Part shown: piece after piece, positions 32,830-43,534 of the stretch
Layout of the letters: every line of letters starts with the position of its first letter
Position numbering within the stretch: position 1 is the stretch's first letter
Source of the DNA: the human T2T-CHM13v2.0 reference genome, Homo sapiens
Strand: one strand, 5' to 3'
Length of the DNA stretch: 64,000 nucleotides
NCBI RefSeq assembly: GCF_009914755.1
Contig: NC_060943.1
Position numbers and translations under genes: made by a program
Notes under the pieces: generated by a model
Told to the model about the DNA's origin: nothing
Seen by the model: the letters and a program-made list of their open reading frames with translations, nothing else
The model's database searches: none

Positions 32830-33207
32830 TTGATTTGACTATTAATATAAAAATTGTCCAAACTAAAGTATGGTTACCTCATCTCTGATGTGGTCTGATT
32901 TTAACTGCCATCAATAATATACCAAATTCAGGGTGAATTTTGAATTAAAAAACCACCAAGTCTTCATGACACTTTCACCCAGCAAATACTCTTTTGGCAG
33001 GCAACCTGATTCCACTGCTTCTAGCAATAACTTCAACACCACAAAACTTGGTTTCTAGGAAATGGAAATTCTCCTTAGGTTATGGGGTGCCCTAAAGTCC
33101 AACACATTGGAGTGAAAGGTAACTGGATACCAAGCTAGAGGCCGAGCAGCAGCTGGTGCTCTGTCCCCCAGGAGTGGATATCTGTCCCCCAGGAGTGGAC
33201 ATGAGAG

Positions 33208-33370
33208 TGTCACACACACACAGACGCATGTATACACTCCCCACGTATGCATATACACAAATATACATGGACATACACATATACACAAACACACACACAC
33301 AAACACATGTACATACATGTATACACAAAAGTACACATGCAGACACACATACATGCACACACATACACCA
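33208..33370 (+). repeat. Degenerate (CA/TA)n tract
   Basis: cacacacac/atacac repeats. Confidence 0.85.
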
Positions 33371-35454
33371 CCTGACGCAGGATAATATGAGAAGAATGGC
33401 CAAAACCACTCAGAAGACACGTCATTTTCTTACTCCATACATTTTTCTATTAAATTGAATGTTGACTCCTCCCACTAGACAAAAACAACGATTCTTGTAG
33501 TAAAAAGTGATGGGGGGGAGCCTGTGTTCACACATCCACACACATGCCTTTGGGAGAAAGCCTCAAAGTACATTTTTTTCTCTGTACTTTTCTCCTTGCA
33601 AGATTCCATTCTAAAATTGCAACTCTTTTGTCCCCCTTTTCTGACACCGCCTCTGCACCTCCTGGCTCTCAGCCATGCCCCTGCCATGCTGTCTCTTCCA
33701 CTTCCTTCTACCCCACAACTCCTTCCCTGTGCTGACCTCCCCCCACTATCTCACATCCAGACTGTCTACATCCAGTTCCTTGCATCTTCAACTCCCATTT
33801 TCCCATTATCTATGATGGCTTTTGTGCTCCAACAGCAGAGGCGAGGAGCTGAGACAGACCCCAGCAGAAGCCTAAAATATGTACTCTCTGGTCCTTTACA
33901 GGAAAAGGCTGCTGGCCCCCTTCCTGAAGGTTCTAGAGCCTTCCGTCTCCCTCCAAGGACCCACCGATCAAGCCTGCAATCTGGCTTCTGCACAGGCTCC
34001 ATTCTTTCAGCTTATAGACAAGCTCACATCACACCCATTTGAGGAGAACATCCACTGCCACTGAAACCCTGCTCTTTATCCTTTATCTTCTCTTGAGATA
34101 TGGATTCTTTTTTATTTGTAAGTCCAGACTCTCAGGAGGGAGCCTCTGTCGTCTTCTCTCTGCATTCTCATGTCTGCCCGCTGTTCTTCTTGAGGTCCTC
34201 ACGGGGCAGTTTTCGGGCCTCCTCTGAACTTGTACTCTCTGCAGTGTTTCGTGTCGCTCCTCGAAGCTCTGTCCTCCCTCGTGTCTGGGTGCTGTTGTCA
34301 TCTGGTTTCATTTTTCCCCCTAATGATACCTTCTCAGTCCCCTGCACTGGTCCCTGCTTGTCTCCCACCCTCGGCCTCCACCCTTGTGCCCCTCCCCTGT
34401 CACACTCAATGTGGACGACCTCCCGGCACCAGGACTCCCAGCACCACCCAAATCACCTGACTCCGGCTCCCTTCTCCAGCTGCCTCCCAGACCTCTCTGC
34501 CTGGGCGCCCCTCAGGTGCCTCAACAAGTCCAAGGGAAACTCTCCCCCCGCCAAAATTGCTCCTCTTGCGTTTCCTAAGCCAGGGGGCTGTTCAAGGCAC
34601 TGGGCATCTCCCTGCGCCCCGGGACACGTGTCGCTGGTGACTCAGCCTGCTGTCTCCACCTGATACCATCTCTGCCTCCCCCTTCCTTCCGCTCCTGCTG
34701 CTACTATTTCAGTGAGCCCCTGCCTCCCTATCTCCTACCTGGAACCACCACATCCGCCTCCTAATTGGTCTCCCTGCTTCCAGCCTCTGCCCTCTCCCAG
34801 CCAATTTTCTTTCACATTGGGGTGATTCAAAAGATAACAATGTCTTCTCATTCCCTGGCTCAAAAAATCCTCCCAAGAATTTTCACCGCATAGACAGTGT
34901 GTGTGCTAAATCAAGGGATTAACTACCAAGGTGGGGGTTCCAGACCATTTCGATGTCGAAAAGGTCTGCTGTCTGTAGGATCCCTTCTTTAGAGGGTTGG
35001 AGCCTACCCTTCACACTTACAAGTCTGGCTGATCAAGACCTTGTCACCTGAAGACTGTCCGTAGGCAGGCAGAGAGCCCTGCCCCACAGAATGCATCCAA
35101 AGAAACGGAACATTTGGTTCCCTTCCTACTCCCGGCCCCGCCTCTGGATCTTACTGGGGAGTCGGCTGCAGCCGGGGGAAAAAGACTTTGCAACCTCCAT
35201 TATTTATATAAATAAGAACAAATGCCAAGGGGAATGCCGAGTGGCTGGGAAGGAGGTATGACCACCCGGAGCAGAGGGAGGAGGCCAGGCTTCAGGTTCA
35301 AGTCCCAGGCTTGTCACTCGCTTACTGACTGTGGCAGTGGCCTTGGTTTCTTCATCTGAGAAAGGGGCTGGGAGGGGGAAGGGAATGATATAGCTGATGT
35401 GCCCACCCCGAGTGTGGATCCCAGCAGGTGCCTGATCAATGAAATATGTCCTAG

Positions 35455-35765
35455 GCAGGGGCGGGAGGATCCATTGAACCCAGGAGTTCGAGACCAGCCT
35501 GGGCAACATAGCGAGGCCCCATCTCTACAAACAAACAAACAAACAACAACAACAACAAACTGGGGGCCGGGGAAGGTGGCTGATGTCTGTAATTCCAGCA
35601 CTTTGGGAGGTTGAGGCCAGAGGATTATTGAGGTCAGGAATTTGAGGTTGAAGTAAGCTGACTGCACTACTGCACTCCAGCCTGGGAGACAGAGGAAGAC
35701 CCTGTCTCTAAAAAGAATAAACAAGTAACAAAACAAAACAATGAAAAACAACCAAAAAACCAAAC
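35455..35765 (+). mobile_element. Alu fragments
   Basis: Partial left arm, (CAAA)n, rearranged second Alu. Confidence 0.8.
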
Positions 35766-37247
35766 TAGCCGAAAGAAAGAGGGACACAACCCCAAGGACA
35801 ACAGCAGCGGCAGTAGCTGGTGGCCAGACCGAGCCCCAGACTGCGGGCAAAGCTGGTATACGTGGGGGCTGACTGACTCTGAGGAAGCCGTGACCACATC
35901 ACCTCTGCTCTAGACACAACACACACGCAACTGAGGCTCAGAAAGGGCGAGCCATGAGCTGAAGGTCACAAAGCAGGAAGAGGCAGGCTAGACTGGAACT
36001 GGCTTTGGCTTGGGTTTGGCTAAGTCACTCCTTTAGGAGGAGGAAGCACATGTTTTTATGACTAGAGCCTCCGGAGCCACAGCTTCCCGACCTACGTGGA
36101 GCTTCCGTCTCTTTTCTGTATATAAATCGCTTCCCCAACCCCATGCCAAAGAGAACTCCAAATAACAACACAAGCTTAGCTTTTGCTTTAGAAGTTTCTA
36201 GAATTTAGTTGATGCTATTGGAGCTATCATGAACTGATACAGTCCCCGTGGGGAGTGACTGTATGAGCTCGAACTGGACTTGGACATTTCTCCAGCCCTC
36301 TGTGGTTCCAGTTGAGAAGTAAGTGCTCTTCATTCATTCTCAGTAACCAGGAGGAAAAGGTAAATCAGCGTGACTTAGAATGATCGTTCCCTCTGTCTAT
36401 CCCCACAAGCAGTTCCCTGTGCGTTTAAAGCAGTGGGTTTTTCAGAATGTAAAGATCTGGGGGTCGCTCCCTGGCCAGTCGCGCATATTCAATATCTGCT
36501 CGTCCTTTCCCTCCCCTTCCAGAGACCAATGTCACCTGTCTGTCCTTTTCTGGTGCCTGGCCCTTGCTGGGGTCACCCACATCCCCTCCCGTGAGCTGCT
36601 GTGTCTCGTATCCCTCCTGTCCTGCCGCTCTCGCTCTTGCTCCTAGGCCGCCTTCTCCCTCATGCATCCAGCTACTTGGTTTGAAACTCTCCCCTGGCGC
36701 CTGCTCTGTGGGGAAAGCCGGGCTTCCTCTGATTCCGGATGGAGTGTTTAAATGAGATGTCCACACAACCCCCAAGGACCCTCTGATTCCAACGGAATTG
36801 GAGCCTACGCCTGCCAGACCCCCAGGCCTGAGCGCCAGCCCTTCACTGATCAGCTAGCCTCTGCCTGCAAGTCTAAGGTCTGCAGAATCGAGGGAGGCCA
36901 GCATGGCACACAGCGGTCCAGACTCGCAGTGACAAGGTGGCTGCAGTGCATGGAGGGCCACCGGAGGCTGGCACTGGTGTCTCCTGCACACAACGCAGGG
37001 AGGGTGAGGATGGGGTCCATGCACCTGCCAGGGTGGGGATGGACAAGACCCCTCCAGCAGGGCCAGGCAGGCTGGGCAGCCCTCTGTCCCTCAAAGTCCA
37101 CCCGCCCATGACAGCTAAGATTAAAGTGACTGCTGCGTTGAAGAAGGAGGGAGGCAGAGAGACAGCAGCCAGCAGCTCCAAAGGGGATCCCAGGCAAGTG
37201 ATGAGCAGTGGGGAAACCCTCTCTCCAGTCAGCTTGTCATGTCATAC

Positions 37248-37456
37248 AGGCTTTCCTGACCTCAGCAATGCGGATATGAGGGGCAGGAATACACTCTGGG
37301 GTGGGGCCGTCCTGGGCACCGCAGGGTGCTGGGCAGCATCCCTGGCCTCCACCCACTCCATGCCAGGAAACCCCCCGACCCCTGTCTGACAGCCACAAAT
37401 GTCTCCAGACATCGCCCAGTGTCCCCTGGGGGCAGGACCACCCCCATGGAGAACCA
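37248..37456 (-). mobile_element. MER20 (hAT)
   Basis: gcagcatccctggcctccacccactccatgccagg..aaatgtctccagacatcgcc..gagaaccac. Confidence 0.8.
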
Positions 37457-38914
37457 CACGTCTAAGGCCACACCTTTACTCCACACAGCATTTCCAGATT
37501 CACCAAACCACTCTCCGTGCTTGTCCCCTCAGATTACTTCATGTCATGCAGCTGTTCACATCTGGCTTCTTGGCCAGCCAGCCCTTCTTGAGAAAACAAA
37601 GTCTGGATCTATGTCATCTCAGCAGCCCCCTCACAGATCCCTCACCCCAACCCCAGACCCTACGTAGCACATTGCCTGCAAAGATGCTCAAGACGTGTTT
37701 TGCAATGAACAAGAGAATGAGCAGCCCGCCTGCTCCGGGCTGCTCACCTGTTCTAGCCACCTTCACCATGTTGGCCTCCAGCTCCCGTCTTCAGCTGAGC
37801 ACAGGGGCCTGTCCCAGGATTCTTGGAAGCGGCTTCCTAAGGCATCATGCTTTTGTGTTCTCCTTCTCTTACCAGCCTTTCTTTCCCTCTCACGTTTCTC
37901 TCCCTTTCTGACCATGAGCAGGGCTGCAGTGCAGCTGCTGATGGTCAAGATGAAGATGGGGAATGTGCCAGTGAAAACCTGGCATGCGGAGGCCTCACCT
38001 CACTCACCCTCTCCTGTCCCAGCTTCAAAATCTTTCAGAGCGACTCATGCTGCCAGAGGGTGGAGGAGTGGACCTTGAAATGACAAGTGACAGTTCCTCA
38101 GCAGTAGCATCTCCTGCTTTCTCAGCCTGGTGACCTGACCCGGCAGCACGCCCACTGGGCACCTGTGCCCACCTGGGGATGGGGTCTCGTCCTGCCTGTG
38201 TGACCCTTCCTCCTGACAGCCATCTCTAGAGACAGCCAGTGAGGGCAGGGCAACAGGCAGTGCATGTTCTTTCCACATCTCCATGACTGATTCTGGCCAG
38301 GAGGAGGCTGGCTTTCTGGATCCCACCAACATCACATAGGGGACCTTTTCAATCTACCTCCTACCTCCCCTCCAGTCGTGATTTGATTCTGGAATTTAAG
38401 AAGCGGAGAAAGAGCCTAGTTCAAATTCAAGAATTTCCATCTAAAACCACAGCATGGAGAGGCCCCTTTAAAAACCACCTAACCCAGCTCTTTCATCAAA
38501 CAGATGAAGAAACTTACCTAAAGATGTTAAGTGGTTTGCCCAAATTGCAAAGCCTGATATATGGGAAAATACTTCCATGGGAAATAAGAAAATGATAAAT
38601 TTAAAAAAAATTTTAAATGAGGCTCTAATTCCTGAAAAATGACTTACTTAAACTGGGGACTGGGCAGAAAATAATATTGTAGAAGGTAGAACAGCATTTC
38701 TTTGGGAGGATTTATCTTTTTAAGTATATAGTGGTCTTCTACCACTATCCTACAACAGGTTGCAGGACAAATAATGTATTTTAATCTTTGGGGGAGTCTT
38801 TGTGTAAGTCAGACCTTATTCATTTTCATTCCAACAACACTCGCAGCCATTGGATCCTAATTATCACATCTAATAAGGCTGATGGCTAATCAGCTTGCCT
38901 TTTTAAGAAAAAAA

Positions 38915-39175
38915 GGCCGGGCACGGTGGCTTATGCCTGTAATCCCAGCACTTTGGGAGGCCGAGGCAGGTGGATCATGAGGTCAGAAGATCGAGACCAT
39001 CCTGGCTAACACGGTGAAACCCCGTCTCTACTACAAATACAAAAAAATTAGCCGGGTGCGGTGGCGGGCGCCTGTAGTCCCAGCTACTCGGGAGGCTGAG
39101 GCGGAAGAATGGCGTGAACCCGGGAGGCGGAGCTTCCTGGGCGACAGAACGAGACTCTGTCTCCAAAAAAAACAC
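38915..39175 (+). mobile_element. AluY with internal deletion
   Basis: CpG-rich; gatcgagaccatcctggctaacacgg; ~33 nt missing after ggagctt. Confidence 0.92.
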
Positions 39176-39532
39176 AAATGACATTCCATTATAAGTTTCT
39201 GCTGCAAAAGAAAGTTGGGAAATTTGTTTAGATACTTTAAATAGTCCTAAGATTAGCTGAAATGCCGGTAACAAACGTGCAATGAACATTTTCTTGGGGG
39301 CATTCAGCAACAAAGTGAATCGTCCTTAAAAAAAATCCATACAACTAAAGCGAGTCTCACCACGGGAACCACAGGAGCTGTTTTAGTGAGGGGCTGGAGT
39401 GTCTGTTACAGGCGGCACTTTTGCGGCTGTTGCTGCATTAGTCAGATTGCACTCGAGATGAATGAGGAAGAATAAAGTCTTCACCAAAAACCTGTCTTGG
39501 CTAACAGTTCTGAATTTATAGCCCTGGCAGTG

Positions 39533-39623
39533 GGGGCGGGGGCTGGGGGCGGGGCTGGGAGGAGGGGAAGAAATGTGTCACCCGCTCTGAATGAAGTTCA
39601 GGGGTGGTGTTTACCTAAGCAAC
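39533..39623. promoter_or_regulatory. Tandem GC boxes plus overlapping forkhead/X-box-like site
   Basis: GGGGCGGGG twice (39533-39555); TGTTTAC 39608-39614 overlaps TTTACCTAAGCAAC 39610-39623. Confidence 0.4.
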
Positions 39624-40317
39624 AAACCCTTGTCAACAATCGCTATCTCTGGCTTGCCAGCGGAGGAGGTGGGGGAGTGAGGCTGTTTTGATCAAAATCC
39701 AACCTGTGGCTGCAAAGTGCCCATCAACAGGGCACTTTGTTAGTGGGAACGTGCGACCTCTCTTAATAAACATAACATACACATCCCACTGAGGGCCACG
39801 GGTGGACCCAACTTCTTAACAGGAACATTGAGCACATGAAACCAGAAGGTGCTGGGTCCAATTTCCACCCTCAGCCAACCCTATCTGTGAATGTCTCTAC
39901 ATGTGAGCCAGCCAGGGCTCAACTCTTTGCTCTTCTGAAATTCTTAGGCAGCAGAAATGAAGGCATCGTGCTGAAAAGCGCTCCAGAAATTGCGGATTTA
40001 TCAGTGATGTACGGTAGTAGGTTGGACAAGTAATGATTTTCTGAACACCAGGAATTAGATCAAAAAAGAAATTCCACTTAAGACTAAAATAAGTCTCCAG
40101 TTGAGAGCAGTCTAGGACATATTCGAATGGCCAGAAGTTTGTTTCAATGGGGCCTCTGCGTTTGTGCAGCCTGGGAGTCAACATTACAATATTGGTTCTT
40201 TCAAGCAGATCCCGAGTGGATCCATGTCTGCCTGTTGTGGCAAATCAAACTCAAATTTAATCAGAGAAAAATATATGCAGATGTTCAATTAAAACCTGGA
40301 GTCCGCAGTCTTGGCAC

Positions 40318-40409
40318 TGTTTGCCCGGCCCTCATTGTTTGCTAAGTAACAACGGTTGCCAGGGGCAACGCAGTCCACTCCCGTTTCCAAGAGCCTGTTG
40401 CTGGGCAAC
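40318..40409. promoter_or_regulatory. RFX X-box cluster with forkhead and MYB motifs (candidate enhancer/promoter)
   Basis: GTTGCCAGGGGCAAC 40355-40369, GTTGCTGGGCAAC 40397-40409, TTTGCTAAGTAAC 40338-40350, TGTTTGC twice, CAACGG 40350-40355. Confidence 0.7.
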
Positions 40410-41819
40410 CGGGAGAATACTTCCCAAACCAAACAATGTCATCCCGGAGCAACCCCCTCTATCTCACATTAACCAGATCTAAAAAAAACCCTCTCAAATA
40501 TGTAATCTATTATTTTCAGAAGCCCTAAGAGAAAGGCAAATAATCTCTTCTCTATAGTAACTGAGGGGAAAACAGTTTACCATATTTGTTCTGAAATAAC
40601 AAAACCCAAGGAGGAACAACTCTCTCTGAGGTAAGAGGGCATCACAGGAGGGATTTCAATCCTTCCTAGTACTGGGAGGAGAAAGTGCCCTTTTCTCCAA
40701 GAGGAAAGAATCTATTTATCATCAAACAAACAATGTGGGAGAGTTCATAGCTGCACAAGTGTTTTCTGGGCGAAGTAAAATGAATCATGGATTAAGCTAT
40801 TTGGAAAAAAGTGTGAAAACAGAGGAGTTGATACCAAATTAAAACGACTTTTGGAAATATCATGTACGTATGGAACAAGTGCAAAGGGAACCACTGACTC
40901 AGCGTCAGAAATGCCTTGTGGGGCTTTGCCGGGAGGGACTTACAGTATATCTTTGACATCACTGCGCCGGCTCTTCCCTCCCTACCCGGAGAGAGGAAGA
41001 CTTTTCTAAGAGGAAGCCAGGCCACATCAGATGCCCCCAGATGGCAGGACACACAAGGGACACATATCTCCGGAAAGAGGAGGCACATGGTTGGGCAATC
41101 TCGACCCATGAAGGGGGAAAAGAAAAGGGCTAAACTGAAGCTAGTGCAGCTTTTGTTCTGCCTGGAGCAGTTCAGGCTGAGCATGGCTTCTCTGAGGCTT
41201 TGGGACCAGGAGAGGGTGAAGTGGCACCACCACCTTTCAAGGGGAACACAGAGCTCTAAGCAGTGCTCTTGTTTTTGGTGGGCCCAGCCAAGGATCTTAA
41301 AACATTTTGATAGAATGAGCAACATGTAGCTGCAGCCTCGATGGGTCAACATTTTGGATGATAAAAGCACACAATGCTGATAGATTTGTGCATGACCAAG
41401 CATACCTTTCAAGGAGCTCTCAGCGGAGGTTTGCCCTTTGAGACAGACACAGTCAGTGCACAGAAACTGTTTTTTTAAGATATCATCCAGGAGTCATTCC
41501 TAGAATAGGAATGGAATAGACATGCCTCCCTGAGAAGAAAGGAAGACAGATTCTATACTGTTAGAATTTGAATCTGTGTTGCAGGGAGATGAGGAATTTG
41601 AAGCCAGACTCTTGGGCTGTTAATGTATGGCTAAGTGGTGATGTGGTGACAACCTTGAATGCTAGTCCTGGAGGTCAAATCACCAGCAGCTGGTGCCATG
41701 GGAGGCTTTGCTTAGGGGACACGGCTGGGTTCTGCCTGGATGCTGCATCCCAAGGGAGGCATTGAGGTGCGGCTGTGAGGACTCCAAACCCCATGTCCAG
41801 AAGGATGAGTAACAGAGAT

Positions 41820-43530
41820 CCTGTGTCATTCATTGATTTCAATAAAATATTTATTGGATCCATAGCATGGGCCTGGCATTGACCAGTCATCAAAACACAA
41901 TTCCCTGCCCTCATGGAGTTTCTATTCTAGACCATGCGGGAGGATAGGAGCATATGGACAGTAAACAAGGTAAGTGAGAAAAATATGTCGTACGTCAGAT
42001 GACACCCTATATCATATGGTGACAAGTACCAGGGGGAAAAGGAAGCAGACAGAAGGAGTGCTGGGATAGGAAGGGGTTGCAATTTTTAAAGCGTTGTCAA
42101 ATGCTTCCCTGGGTGGGCTCATTAAAGAGATGAGGAAGGTGTGGGACGGAGCTGTCCAGATATCCTGGGGAAGAGCGTTCCTAATGGAGGGAAAAGCCAG
42201 TACAAAGGCCCCGAGGTGGGACAATGCCTGGCTTGAAACTGGAGCTGAGTGAACCAGAAGGCAAGGAGAAAGGCCCACACAGGCCATTGTAGGGGCTCTG
42301 GCTTTTGCTTGGGGTAAATGGAAGCCATCACAAGGTTTGAGCCCAGGAATGGCCTGGTTTGACTTGCATTTTAACCAGGCCCCTCTGGCTGCTGGGTTGA
42401 GAATAGGGGAAGAAGGAAAAGGGTGGGAGCAGAGAGAGCAATCTGGAGGCTAATGTGATAATCTGGGCAAGGGAGGGGGGCCTGGCTGTGAGCCATGGAG
42501 GGGCAAAGCCGTCAGACTCTGGATAAACATAGGAGGTAGAGTCAGCCAGATCTGCTGACGGGTCAAGGGTACCTCCAAGGTTTTTGGCAACTAAAAGGAT
42601 GAGGTCAGGAAAATTACCCAAGAAAAAGGCCTGGAGAGCACTTGGGAGTTGAGTTCTGAAGGTGTAAAGTGTGAGAGGCTCCTAGACACCCAGGTTGAGA
42701 TGCTGAGAAAGCAGGCAGATTACATAAGTCTCAGGCTGAGGGGTGAGCTGGAGCCATCAGTGTATAGAGAATGCAGGCTGGAGCCATCAGTGTATAGAAT
42801 ATATGAACTAGAGCCATCAATGTATAGATAACATAGCTGGAACCATCAGTGTGTAGGGGACATGACCTAGAGCCACCAGTGTCTAGAGGATGTGGGCTGA
42901 AGCCATCAGTGTATAGAGAACATGGGATGGGGCCATCAGTGTATAGATGACATGGCTGGAGCCATCAGTGTATAGAGAACATGAGCTAGAGCCACCAGTG
43001 TATACAGGATGTAGGCTGGAGTCATCAGTGTATAAATGACCTAGTTAAAACCATAAGACTATCTGGGCTCACCAAGGAAGAGCAGAGAGAAGAGGCCTAG
43101 GGCTGAGTTCTGGGGCTGTCTACCATTTAGAGATCCCAAAGAAGCAGGAGCCTGAAAAGAGGCCAAAGAAGTATAAGCAAGTGGTGTCCTGAGAACCAAG
43201 TGACTCTGGGGCTGAGTGGTGATCACTGGAATCAGCAAAGTGGAGGTCACCAGTGATTGTGACAGAGGAGCTCCAGGGGAAAAGTGTGTGCAAAAGCCAC
43301 AGAGGTTGGAGCAGGTTCAAGAGAGCCCCAAGTGGAGCAGAACTGGAGACAGGAGGACCAGATGGCTCTTTTGAGGAATTTTTGCTAGAAAGATAGGAAG
43401 AGGAATGGGGAGGCAGCTGGAAGAGGAAACTGAGAGCGGGTTTCTGAAAATGAAAGAAATAATAGCAGGTAGGACCTACCAGGAGGGAACTGGGATAGGA
43501 GAAAGAAGGGAGACTTGCAAGTGGATGTTC
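41820..43530. mobile_element. L2 remnant
   Basis: tcattcattgatttcaataaaatatttattg..ccctgccctcatggagtttctattctag..gggaagagcgttcc; purine-rich L2 body. Confidence 0.8.
42747..43040 (+). repeat. ~30-bp minisatellite, ~10 copies, inside an L2
   Basis: Core gagccatcagtgtatag recurs at 42751, 42781, 42811, 42840, 42870, 42900, 42930, 42959, 42989 and 43019. Confidence 0.92.
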
Positions 43531-43534
43531 TTTC

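Noticed and set aside
42747-43040. CRISPR-like repeat/spacer appearance
   Set aside because: The linkers are ~12 bp and homologous to each other, the unit derives from L2, the context is human and there are no cas genes.
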